Part shown: positions 38,571 to 47,752 of the stretch, piece by piece
How the letters are laid out: the number at the start of each line of letters is the position of its first letter
Numbering within the stretch: the stretch's first letter is position 1
Source: Cyanobacteriota bacterium
GTDB lineage: Bacteria > Cyanobacteriota > Cyanobacteriia > Thermostichales > Thermostichaceae
Length of the DNA stretch: 64,000 nucleotides
Assembly (NCBI GenBank): GCA_033764955.1
Contig: JANRIL010000010.1
Span: forward strand, 1-64,000
Reading direction: 5' to 3'
The notes under the pieces: model-generated
What the model was told of the DNA's origin: nothing
Databases searched by the model: none
Seen by the model: the letters and a program-made list of their open reading frames with translations, nothing else
Program-made: the position numbers and the translations under genes

Positions 38571-40782
38571 GCCAGGGATCCCCTAAATCTGCGGTCAGAG
38601 GATCAACAGCTAACCCCCAGTCCTGGGCAATGGCTTGGGTGAGTCCCTGCTGGTTGCCACCGGGAAAACGAGCCAGCGCCAAGAGTAGGTTAAGCAGTTG
38701 GGGTGGGTGAGGGATCCGCCCGAAGATGTGCAGCCCATCGCGGATCTGAGCTTCCTTCAATTCGCAGAGATAGCCGTCGAGGGTGGGCAGCCATTCTGGG
38801 AAAGCGGTGGAACTAGCTGACGGCACGAGTTGTTCTTGCTCCACTAGCTCCTGAATCTGACTTTGGATCAAGCGGGCGCGACTGGGATCCAATCCTTGAG
38901 ACTGAGCATATTCATCCAGCAGGTTTTCCAGGCGCAGCAGCGATCCATAGAGATGGGCACGGCGGAGGGGAGGAGTTAGATGATCCAAAATCACCGCCTG
39001 GGCACGGCGCTTCGCCTGAGATCCCTCCCCCGGATCGTTGACGATGAAGGGATAGAAATGGGGGAGAGGACCAAGGGCAATTTCTGGAAAACAATCCTCA
39101 GAGAGGGCGATGCTTTTACCGGGCAGCCATTCCAGATTGCCATGTTTGCCTACATGCACCACCGCATCCACCCCCATCACCTGCCGCAGCCAAACATAAA
39201 AGGCCAGATAAGTGTGGGTAGGTACTAAATCAGGAGCGTGATAGCTGAGGCTAGGATCTTGATCATAGCCACGGGAGGGTTGCAGCCCCACAAACACCTG
39301 TCCATAGCTGATGCCGGGAATGGGGATAGGTTGGTCGGGGGGATCCCCCCATTGCTGCTGGATGGCCGTCTGGATGGCCGGGGAAAGTGTTGTCCAAAAA
39401 TCTTGATAAATAGCGGGAGCGAGGGCTTGCCGAATGGGTCGATAGTCTCGTCCTATTGGATCAAGGGTGACACCACTAGTCAGATGGGTGATCAACTGAT
39501 CGCTGCTGTTGGGAATATCCTTCACCCCATAACCCGCCCGCTGCATAGCCTGCAAAAGCTCCACACAACTAGCCGGAGTATCTAGCCCCACTCCATTGGC
39601 GATCCGTCCATCACGGCAGGGATAGTTGGCAAGCACCAGCGCCACCCGGCGTTCTGCCACAGACTTGCGGCGCAATCTCACCCAATGCCCAGCTAGATCC
39701 GCCACAAACTCCACCCGATCCACCTGGGGCTGATAGACAACCACATCCGTTTGCAGGTGAGGATCCCCCACTTGAATAGATTTGAAGGAAATAGCCCGTG
39801 TCATGACTCGCCCATCCACTTCCGGCAACACAACATTCATGGCGAGATCACGGGATCCCAACCCTTGCGGAGATTCCTGCCATTGCTCATAGGATCCCCC
39901 ACTCAAAACAACCTGCAAAACCGGAACATCGAGGGCTTGCCAAAGACTCAAATCAACAGTTTCCTGATCCAAACGGGCTAAGGAAAAACTTGTGGTGATC
40001 AATAAAACATCGATTTTCCCCTGCCAAAAGGTCAGGGCTTGTCTCATCAAATCAGGTTCCTGCAATCCGTAGGTATAAAGGCAATGAGGACGGAGAGATC
40101 GCTCTCGCAAAGCCCGACAAAGGGCATCCATGGGAGCTATGTTTCCGGCTAAAAGATGAGCACGATAAAAAAGAATACCCACCCCCGGCCAATCGTGATC
40201 CACAGGTTGTTCATTTTCTTCTGAAATGGGCCTATCTTGATAAACGCCCACCCGTGGCAACACCTGTATAGGCTGGAGGGGATAGTCCGTCTTCAGGGCA
40301 CAATTGGCAAAAGCTTTTAATCCTTGCTCTATATTATTGACCCCTCCTTCTAAAAAGTATTGCCAAATTTGATGAACAGCCCTCATCCCAATAGTAGAAT
40401 GACTGATTAGATCCCAATCTGGTTGATCATCTCCCGGTAAAACTATCAACAGAGATCCATTTTCCTGAACCATTTGTTTGACGGTTTCTAACCCATAGCT
40501 CCAATAGGATTTCCCTCCCAATAAACGAATCAGGATCCCTTGGGCTGAGCTTAAAACGGTTTGGACATAGGCATCAATCGATATATTTTGTTGCAAATGC
40601 AAGAGATTGGTCACTCTCACCTCAGGAAAATGGCTGGGCAACTGGGGTTGAACCTGCGCTAGCGTTTGAATATCCGTATCGGCTGCCGTCAAAATTACCA
40701 ACGGTGCGGGATCCTGCTCTACAAAAATCACCCCTGTCGCTGAGGGATCCCATCCGCCGGGACGGGCACTGATCCGGTGCAT
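38530..40782 (-). CDS. cobN: Cobaltochelatase CobN, N-terminal portion only (~750 aa)
   Basis: TAADTD, PEVDGR, ANGVGLDTP, HVGKHGNLEWLPGK, NDPGEGSQAKRR, QIRDGLH; C-terminal region absent. Confidence 0.85.
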   Translation of the reverse strand: MHRISARPGGWDPSATGVIFVEQDPAPLVILTAADTDIQTLAQVQPQLPSHFPEVRVTNLLHLQQNISIDAYVQTVLSSAQGILIRLLGGKSYWSYGLETVKQMVQENGSLLIVLPGDDQPDWDLISHSTIGMRAVHQIWQYFLEGGVNNIEQGLKAFANCALKTDYPLQPIQVLPRVGVYQDRPISEENEQPVDHDWPGVGILFYRAHLLAGNIAPMDALCRALRERSLRPHCLYTYGLQEPDLMRQALTFWQGKIDVLLITTSFSLARLDQETVDLSLWQALDVPVLQVVLSGGSYEQWQESPQGLGSRDLAMNVVLPEVDGRVMTRAISFKSIQVGDPHLQTDVVVYQPQVDRVEFVADLAGHWVRLRRKSVAERRVALVLANYPCRDGRIANGVGLDTPASCVELLQAMQRAGYGVKDIPNSSDQLITHLTSGVTLDPIGRDYRPIRQALAPAIYQDFWTTLSPAIQTAIQQQWGDPPDQPIPIPGISYGQVFVGLQPSRGYDQDPSLSYHAPDLVPTHTYLAFYVWLRQVMGVDAVVHVGKHGNLEWLPGKSIALSEDCFPEIALGPLPHFYPFIVNDPGEGSQAKRRAQAVILDHLTPPLRRAHLYGSLLRLENLLDEYAQSQGLDPSRARLIQSQIQELVEQEQLVPSASSTAFPEWLPTLDGYLCELKEAQIRDGLHIFGRIPHPPQLLNLLLALARFPGGNQQGLTQAIAQDWGLAVDPLTADLGDPWPIHEPADSPTTLG

Positions 40783-41050
40783 AAAGAACTCCAAGCTGAT
40801 GGTGATCTGGCCTCTATCACCTTTGGTTGTAGCCTAGCCACTATTGGTAATGATGTCAAAATGGATAGAATCTGTGTCGGCAAGTTTAATGACAACAGGT
40901 TCTATTTGTATAGGGGTAGAGGTGCGGGTATTTTTGACTGCACTCATCACTGTGTTTACAATATGAATGAATGCCATTTGGGATAGGTTGGTCACTAGCC
41001 CATGGCAGCCTTTTTGATTTACAGATAAGCCACCTAGGGAACAAGAAATT

Positions 41051-41491
41051 ATGACTCAATCACTCTACGACCACGACATTCTTTTATGGGTTGAAGATAC
41101 GGTTTCCAAGCTCAAAACCAGGGATTTTGATAGCTTAGATCTAGAAAATTTAATTGAGGAGGTGGAATCTTTGGGGCGATCTGAAAAAAGGGAACTTCTT
41201 AGCCGCTTGACGATCCTCATTGAACATCTCATCAAAAGACTTTACGTTTCAATGCCAGAGAACTATCGCGGCTGGGAAACTACAATTCGCAATCAACGAA
41301 CAGAGCTAGGCTTTTTGTTGAAAGATGCACCTAGCCTGAAAGCCTTTTGGGGAGAGAGTTTTGCTTTAGCTCTTGCTACTGCTCTCAAAAATCTGTGTAA
41401 AGAATATCCCCAAGTCAATTTCCCTCAAGACTGGATCTATACCAATGATCTAGATTTGATTTTGACTATTGATTTTTGGGAGGTGAAGTAA
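41051..41491 (+). CDS. DUF29 family protein
   Basis: LYDHDILLW, LDLENLIEEVESLGRSE, GWETTI. Confidence 0.9.
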   Translation: MTQSLYDHDILLWVEDTVSKLKTRDFDSLDLENLIEEVESLGRSEKRELLSRLTILIEHLIKRLYVSMPENYRGWETTIRNQRTELGFLLKDAPSLKAFWGESFALALATALKNLCKEYPQVNFPQDWIYTNDLDLILTIDFWEVK

Positions 41492-41577
41492 TGATTCAAT
41501 CGATCTACGACCACGACATTCTTTTGTGGATTGAAGATACGGTTTCCAAGCTCAAGACTAGGGATTTTGATAGTTTA
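41491..41577 (+). pseudogene. Truncated tandem second DUF29 gene (5' 87 bp)
   Basis: About 79/87 identical to 41051-41137; ends at MITE. Confidence 0.8.
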
Positions 41578-41669
41578 TAGTCGTTCCAATTTAGTTTGAG
41601 AACCCCAAAATCTCTCAAAGCTTGGATATCAAGATTTAGGTGGTCGCATTCTTATTTGGAATGACTATA
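41576..41669. mobile_element. ~94-bp MITE with terminal inverted repeats and flanking TA (IS630/Tc1-mariner-like)
   Basis: TATAGTCGTTCCAA ... TTGGAATGACTATA (13/14 complementary). Confidence 0.7.
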
Positions 41670-41749
41670 GTTCCCGATTGTGGCTTGGATCGAGTTGCCC
41701 AATACGTGGTTTTTAGGTGGTCTGTCTAGATTTTCCTTTTCGGCAAGAG

Positions 41750-42112
41750 CTACCCTTGTCGGGGAAAAATAGATTCATATTGCTGCAAAAATGGCTCGAT
41801 TCGCTGCACCAATAAAAACAACGGCTGTTGCATTTGTTGCTGACCCTGGGGAGACGAACGCCAGTAAGCCACCAATCCCCGTCGCACCTGGCTACTGACA
41901 CTTTGCAACCGGCGGCGGCAGGCATCCAGACGAGTGCAGGATTTTTGTAACCGACGCACCATCAACTGATCGCGGTTGGCGGCTAATTGCTCCTGCTGGC
42001 GGGCATTGATCTCCGCTAACCAGGTTTCGATAGCTTCCAGACGAGCCACCTGGGATCCCAGGTAGTTGACCAACCCCAATAGATCAGGAGAGTCCATCAT
42101 GGCTAGCCGCAC
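41750..42112 (-). CDS. Hypothetical coiled-coil protein
   Basis: ORF overlapping the end of the upstream gene in the hisS operon. Confidence 0.55.
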   Translation of the reverse strand: MRLAMMDSPDLLGLVNYLGSQVARLEAIETWLAEINARQQEQLAANRDQLMVRRLQKSCTRLDACRRRLQSVSSQVRRGLVAYWRSSPQGQQQMQQPLFLLVQRIEPFLQQYESIFPRQG

Positions 42113-43652
42113 GAATCGTGCGCTTCAGGGTGGTGCGGGGGCTTTGGTGCTGCCGATCCAAACTGACCGCCCAGGCTTCAAAGATCAGGTCGGGGATGGC
42201 GGCGGGAATGGTCATACGAGTCAGGGCTTGCCACTCCTTTTGATCAGTGTGGGTAAAGTCCAAAAGCCAACGGGGACCATCCACTAGAGAGCGGGTTTGT
42301 CCGTGCTTTACCCAAAATTTAATGCCGACCGGGGGAGTTGAGGTGGGGAAAAGATTTTCTGAGGCGGGAAGGCGCAGCACAATATCAATGTTATCCCCCG
42401 CTTTGAGATCGAGGGGAACTCCCAACTCTGGTGGTAAAAGCTCCCCACTGGCTGAAGGGGTGGCGGGAGGGGAAAGGTCGGAGGGGGAGGGAGAGGGGGG
42501 TAATTCCTCTTGTGGGGCGGGAGGCGGGGGGGAGTCTAGGGGGGAGAGGGGGTTAGCCGCAGCTCCAGCCAGCTCAAGCGGGGGGGCGACGGCGACTTGA
42601 GGAGAATCGGGGAGCGATCCGTGACAAATAGCCAGCAACTTGCGGAGGGTACGTTCAGGAGAACAGGGATCCTCCGTCGAGGGGGGAGGGGGATCCATCT
42701 CATGAGTCTGAACGGAGCCATTGCGGGAGGAGGCGTCTGAACTAACTAAGGTGGCGGATTCGGTGGTGTCAACAAGGCGGCTATGGCTAGGGATACTTTG
42801 GGGGTCTTTGCTGATGTGGGGAGTATGCAAACCGGGTAAGAGGGGGCTGGGCTTGTCCTCAGCCGCCAAGGTGTCGGGGGATAAACAAGCTACCCGAAAC
42901 GGAATACTACCAATGGGATCCCCGTTGGGGGCTGGGCGCAATACGAGATATCCTGTTAACTCCCCTAGCCAAGGGGCAGGCGGTAGCGCCACCGGAATGC
43001 TAAACACAGCGGTTTTTACTTCTGACAAGACTTGAATGGTGCGCTGGCTAGTGAACAATACCTGCTCATCGGCCAGTAAGTTCACCTCCAGTTCGCCGGA
43101 ACAGCCAATCCGTCCCGTCAAGACCAGCACTTGCCCAGGGGATCCCTGCAACTGGGTGTGCATCAGGGAAAACTCCACCACTGGCAAGGGGACAAAATGG
43201 GGTTCCTGGGGATGGTTCGGTTCGGGGAGGGGGGGCGGAACAGGGGCAGGAATCACCTTGAGACGTAGGATATCCACTTGACCTTCCCCAAATAATTCGG
43301 CAATCAAATCAGCGTCGTGACAGCGCAATTCCCACAACCCCGCTCCCAAAGGGGTCGGCGGCAGGATGACCCCCACCCCCTCATCATTGGTACGAATCGA
43401 GCGTTTTTGTTGGAACCAGAGTTCCCGCTCCTCCCCTGGATCGGAGGGAGATGTCTGGCTGATGGGGCGCTTGCCTGGAGGAACGGGCGCGGATCCCGCT
43501 AGACCAAATTGATAGAGTTCAACCGTGATCGTGAAGTGGGGTTGCGGGGAACGAGCAATGATCGTATAGACATCTGGTACCAGGACTGTGCCATCGGGGG
43601 GGATGGGGTTCCACTGCTCACTGTCCCCCCGCTTAATCCAAAAATCCATCAT
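42084..43652 (-). CDS. Proline-rich conserved cyanobacterial hypothetical protein
   Basis: ATGA overlap with hisS; RTNDEGVGVILP, GLWELRC, VDGPRWL. Confidence 0.75.
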   Translation of the reverse strand: MMDFWIKRGDSEQWNPIPPDGTVLVPDVYTIIARSPQPHFTITVELYQFGLAGSAPVPPGKRPISQTSPSDPGEERELWFQQKRSIRTNDEGVGVILPPTPLGAGLWELRCHDADLIAELFGEGQVDILRLKVIPAPVPPPLPEPNHPQEPHFVPLPVVEFSLMHTQLQGSPGQVLVLTGRIGCSGELEVNLLADEQVLFTSQRTIQVLSEVKTAVFSIPVALPPAPWLGELTGYLVLRPAPNGDPIGSIPFRVACLSPDTLAAEDKPSPLLPGLHTPHISKDPQSIPSHSRLVDTTESATLVSSDASSRNGSVQTHEMDPPPPSTEDPCSPERTLRKLLAICHGSLPDSPQVAVAPPLELAGAAANPLSPLDSPPPPAPQEELPPSPSPSDLSPPATPSASGELLPPELGVPLDLKAGDNIDIVLRLPASENLFPTSTPPVGIKFWVKHGQTRSLVDGPRWLLDFTHTDQKEWQALTRMTIPAAIPDLIFEAWAVSLDRQHQSPRTTLKRTIRAASHDGLS

Positions 43653-44950
43653 GATTGCCTCCCTTGGCTGAGCATTGGATGAGCTAGCTGATGCTCCTTG
43701 AGATAATCCCTGAGGTGGGCATAGGGGAGCGTCACCTGCTCTGCGGTGAGGAGGTTTTTCAGTTGCAGCGTTTGGTTGGCGGCCTCCGCATCCCCCAGGA
43801 TAACTGCCCAGCGGGCTTGACGGCGATTGGCTCGTTTCATTTGCTTAGCAAAGCCACTGCCGCTCAAGTCTAGCTCGGTAACAAAACCAGCTTGGCGGAG
43901 TTGCTGGGCAAGAGGCAAAGCTTGGGCTTCGGCGGCGGATCCCCGCGAGATGATATAGAGATCCACCCCAGGCTGGAATTCGGCTTCACGGGATTGCAAC
44001 AGTAAGATCAGTCGTTCTAGTCCCATTGCCCATCCCACCGCAGGTGTGGGCGGGCCTGCCAGCTCCTCCACTAACCCGTCATAGCGACCTCCCCCACAGA
44101 CGGTACTCTGTGCCCCCAAATCCTGCGATTGAATTTCAAAGGCGGTGTGGGTGTAGTAGTCTAAGCCCCGTACCAGCAACGGATCCACTTGATAGGGGAT
44201 CCCTAAGGCCGTCAACTGGGCTTGTACCTGGGCAAAATGCTGTTGGGCAGGATCCCCCAGATAATCCAGCAAGCGAGGGGCTCCGGCTACAATCTCGCGG
44301 GTACGGGCATCTTTGCTATCCAAAATCCGCAAGGGGTTACGGGTGAGGCGTTGCTGAGAGTCGGCATCCAGATCTGCCTGATGGGGGGTGAGATAGTCGA
44401 TCAAGGCTTGGCGGTAAGCCAAACGATCTTGGGGATCCCCAACAGAGTTGATCAGAAGATGCAAAGATTTGACGTTGAGGGCTTGCAGAATATCAAACGC
44501 AATCGCAATCACCTCGGCATCGGCGCGGGCATCGGCGGATCCCAAAACCTCGATCCCCAACTGATGAAACTGCCGTTGTCGTCCGGCTTGGGGACGTTCA
44601 TAGCGAAACATGGGTCCGCCGTACCACAACCGTTGGGTATCACCGCTGGCATAGAGACTGTGCTGAATGTAGGCTCTCACCACTCCGGCAGTATTTTCGG
44701 GGCGGAGGGTCACTTCTTTTTCGCCGCGTGTTGTGAAGGAATACATCTCCTTGCCCACAACATCGGTAGCCGTACCAATCCCCCGCACAAAAAGTTCACT
44801 CACCTCAAAAATGGGGGTGCGGATCTCCTGATAGCCAGCGCAAGCCAGGATACGGCGCGCCACGGCCTCCACATGCTGCCAAATGGCAACCTCAGCGGGC
44901 AAAATATCTCGGGTTCCCCGTGTTGCCTGGATGATCTCCATGAAACTCAC
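43649..44950 (-). CDS. hisS: Histidine--tRNA ligase
   Basis: RGTRD, KEMY, LRPENTA, FRYERPQAGRQRQFHQ, LVRGLDYY, GGGRYD. Confidence 0.97.
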   Translation of the reverse strand: MSFMEIIQATRGTRDILPAEVAIWQHVEAVARRILACAGYQEIRTPIFEVSELFVRGIGTATDVVGKEMYSFTTRGEKEVTLRPENTAGVVRAYIQHSLYASGDTQRLWYGGPMFRYERPQAGRQRQFHQLGIEVLGSADARADAEVIAIAFDILQALNVKSLHLLINSVGDPQDRLAYRQALIDYLTPHQADLDADSQQRLTRNPLRILDSKDARTREIVAGAPRLLDYLGDPAQQHFAQVQAQLTALGIPYQVDPLLVRGLDYYTHTAFEIQSQDLGAQSTVCGGGRYDGLVEELAGPPTPAVGWAMGLERLILLLQSREAEFQPGVDLYIISRGSAAEAQALPLAQQLRQAGFVTELDLSGSGFAKQMKRANRRQARWAVILGDAEAANQTLQLKNLLTAEQVTLPYAHLRDYLKEHQLAHPMLSQGRQS

Positions 44951-45174
44951 ACCCTCAGTCCTAAACCCGATGCGGATCTATTGGTTGCTTGCCAACGGTT
45001 CAGTAACAGTTCAGTACCGATAAGTGCTGATCAGCGTAGACCCAAACCTTAGGCAAAAAAGCTAGCTAGGCGACTGCTCATCTGTTGATTGTTGAGGAAG
45101 CCACAACTTGCTTTACTATTCTTTAGCATTTTGTGTCCCTTTCTCACGCGCAACAGCAAAAGATTCGGGATCCC

Positions 45175-45651
45175 CTATAGCGGGAAACAGGTCTGCAAAT
45201 CTACCGCTACATGACTAGGTACCAAATGATCGATCGGTCCTCCCAGGCGTGCGACTTCTTTGACCAGGCTACTGCTCAAAAAACTGTGCTTGCTGGAGGT
45301 GGCTAAAAAAATTGTTTCCAATTCGGAAGCCAGCATCTTGTTGGTATGCGCCATTTGCAGTTCACCATCAAAATCCGATAGCACCCGTAGCCCGCGGATC
45401 AACACCTGTGCCCCCTGTTGACGAGCATAGGCAATCGTCAATCCATCAAAACTATCTACCCGCACGTTTTTGAGATGGGCAACCGCTAGGGTAATCTGCT
45501 GTTGGCGTTGCTGGGGGGTAAAGAGGGGGCTTTTGTTGGGGTTCTTGAGCACGGCCACAATCACCTGATCAAAGAGACGGCTAGCTCGCTCAACAATATC
45601 CAAATGCCCGTAGGTAATCGGGTCAAAACTACCTGGATAGATACTGATCAT
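45175..45651 (-). CDS. coaD: Phosphopantetheine adenylyltransferase
   Basis: [25 protein letters not shown]. Confidence 0.97.
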   Translation of the reverse strand: MISIYPGSFDPITYGHLDIVERASRLFDQVIVAVLKNPNKSPLFTPQQRQQQITLAVAHLKNVRVDSFDGLTIAYARQQGAQVLIRGLRVLSDFDGELQMAHTNKMLASELETIFLATSSKHSFLSSSLVKEVARLGGPIDHLVPSHVAVDLQTCFPL

Positions 45652-45716
45652 GAATAGGTCTCCTCTGGGCTAGGTTAGATCCTAAAACCTGTGATGTCCC
45701 CAGCCTCAGGAGGCCA

Positions 45717-45857
45717 ATGTCAGAAACCAATATCCCCGAGCTTTCTCTAGAAAATCTGGCTGAGATTGAATCCGCCCTCGATCATCTCTTGACCCTCAAC
45801 GAAGAGGAGGTCAGGGAACTGGAGCGCCTAGCCAGCCGCTTTCCAGCCAGCGATTAG
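45717..45857 (+). CDS. Small acidic 46-aa protein not in the ORF track
   Basis: AGGAGG SD then ATG; MSETNIPELSLENLAEIESALDHLLTLNEEEVRELERLASRFPASD*. Confidence 0.55.
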   Translation: MSETNIPELSLENLAEIESALDHLLTLNEEEVRELERLASRFPASD

Positions 45858-45895
45858 CCCAAGCCGAAAGGAAACCGAGCCGTCAAGGGATCCCA

Positions 45896-46231
45896 TCAGC
45901 GAGTCAGGGAAAAGCTCCCACTGTCTTGGAGTAAAGGCAGTCCGCGCAGGCGGCGCACTTGATTGAGGTGAGCCGGACAATCGCAGCCAAACCAAGCAAT
46001 GGCGGTGTTACTCTCCTCCTCACTAAATTCCAAAAAGGGGTGATCAGTCGCCACGGAGGATGGTAAGGGATCCCAACGCTCTAGGGTTACGTCGAGGCTG
46101 AGGGGAGTCTGCTGCTCAATGGCATGACTAAGGGAAGCTGAGCAGAACCAGAAGAAAACCAGGGTGGGATAAGCCAGCAAAGCCAAACGCAGTCGGAACA
46201 TCGGTGGGTGCGGTGGTGAAATTTTCAACAC
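45896..46231 (-). CDS. Small exported cyanobacterial protein with FGCDCP motif
   Basis: FSEEESNTAIAWFGCDCPAHLNQVRRLRG. Confidence 0.65.
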   Translation of the reverse strand: MLKISPPHPPMFRLRLALLAYPTLVFFWFCSASLSHAIEQQTPLSLDVTLERWDPLPSSVATDHPFLEFSEEESNTAIAWFGCDCPAHLNQVRRLRGLPLLQDSGSFSLTR

Positions 46232-46308
46232 ATCATCACAAAACTCATCTCAAAAAACAGTCTACTCGAAAAATCGCGGCGGGCAGGAGGAAGAGGATAG
46301 GGATCCCG

Positions 46309-47622
46309 TTAGGGCACGGACAAAAACAAGAAAAGGGATTGCTCTAGATCGCCCACAGTCGCCCACACATCTTCTGCCATCTGAGATGGAGATGGCAACC
46401 CAGCCGCCGGCGGCGAGGAAGATGCTAGCTGTTTGGCGTGTTCTAACAAGTCATGCAAAGTCATAGGCTGCTCTAATAAAGGAGCCAATGTTTTGACCAT
46501 TGGGGCGGCAATCGTCAGTCTTCCCTGGGGTGAATTCGCCCAATTCATGCCAAAGTCACTGTTGGCTTGTGCCACCTGTTGCCAGTTATTTCGGAAATCC
46601 GGTCGCTCACTGAGAATGGGGTTAAATTGCAGCTTTCCCTGTTGCCAATCCTTCTCTTGCCAAATCCGGTCGGCAGGTCTATTGGAGGGGTGATCCGCCC
46701 ATAAATCGATGAGGCGATGTGTGGGAGAAATTAGCTCAAACAGGTGCAGTCTTTGTTCGTAGCTAAGGGTAGTGAGTGCTTTTTGAACAAATTCTGGCAT
46801 CGATTGAAATTGTGTGACGGGATCCCAACTCCGATAGTCTACGAGGTTGACAAAATTCAGTCCGGCAGCCTCCACCATCTGAACAATATCGGGAATACGA
46901 TAGCCGCGATCATTGACCAATAAATAATTATTCAAAACATCAATATCTTCTTTGTAATTATTAGGATCCCAGCCTAAAGCTGCTTTAGTTTGGGGAGAGT
47001 GGAGAGCCTCCAAAAAATGGCGAATATTCTCCACTGCTTGAGGGCGAGGGATCTGAGTTTGTCCTAATTTTTGAAAAACTTGCTGCATTCGATACATGTG
47101 TTGACGTTGATAGATATTATGAAAATTGGCACGAATTACTCCTTCTGGTTTGAGCACCTTACGCATAGCAATCAGAGCCTCAACCGGTTCACTGATTAGG
47201 GACATGACATCACTGATGCCAATAAAGTCAAATTGAATATCTAAGCTCCCTAAATCTAGTAAATCTAGCTGAAAAATCTCAATGTCATAATAGCCATGAT
47301 AACGCAGTCGTTGCTCTGCTACTTTGACCGAATTAGGTGACAAATCAAAGGCAAAAATCTTGGCTCCAGGGTTGGAGGCTGCCATCAAAAGTGTTTGCCA
47401 CCCTGATCCACAGCCTGCATTTAATAAAACCTTTCCCTCCGGAGAGTTAATCTGATGAGTTCGATAATAGTGAGCCGTTGTATAATTCATCTTAAATAGT
47501 GAATTAACAGCGGTTGTGGGAGGTGTGGAGAGGGGTAAATTGGGATAGGGAAGCTCTTCATATAACTCAAAAGAGTTTTGTGAGCCTGAACGCACCGAAG
47601 GTAAAAAGCTAAGCATAGGCAT
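46309..47622 (-). CDS. Class I SAM-dependent methyltransferase
   Basis: YEELPYP, LNAGCGSG, DLSPNS, LKPEG. Confidence 0.85.
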   Translation of the reverse strand: MPMLSFLPSVRSGSQNSFELYEELPYPNLPLSTPPTTAVNSLFKMNYTTAHYYRTHQINSPEGKVLLNAGCGSGWQTLLMAASNPGAKIFAFDLSPNSVKVAEQRLRYHGYYDIEIFQLDLLDLGSLDIQFDFIGISDVMSLISEPVEALIAMRKVLKPEGVIRANFHNIYQRQHMYRMQQVFQKLGQTQIPRPQAVENIRHFLEALHSPQTKAALGWDPNNYKEDIDVLNNYLLVNDRGYRIPDIVQMVEAAGLNFVNLVDYRSWDPVTQFQSMPEFVQKALTTLSYEQRLHLFELISPTHRLIDLWADHPSNRPADRIWQEKDWQQGKLQFNPILSERPDFRNNWQQVAQANSDFGMNWANSPQGRLTIAAPMVKTLAPLLEQPMTLHDLLEHAKQLASSSPPAAGLPSPSQMAEDVWATVGDLEQSLFLFLSVP

Positions 47623-47752
47623 AAGTCATGATTAGAGAAAGGCAATTCAAAAACAACCAAGAGCTAGCAGAGAAAAAGCAGTCAGCGAATCACCCAAAAG
47701 TTTAATCTTGTCTAGCTAAAATCATTAAAAAACTAGGCAACTGATCGGCTGA

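Noticed and set aside
40783..41050. Cobalamin riboswitch upstream of cobN
   Set aside because: No B12-box or conserved GGGAA/GCAACTGT elements visible on the minus strand
44222..45052. 276-aa plus-strand ORF
   Set aside because: Antisense shadow of hisS
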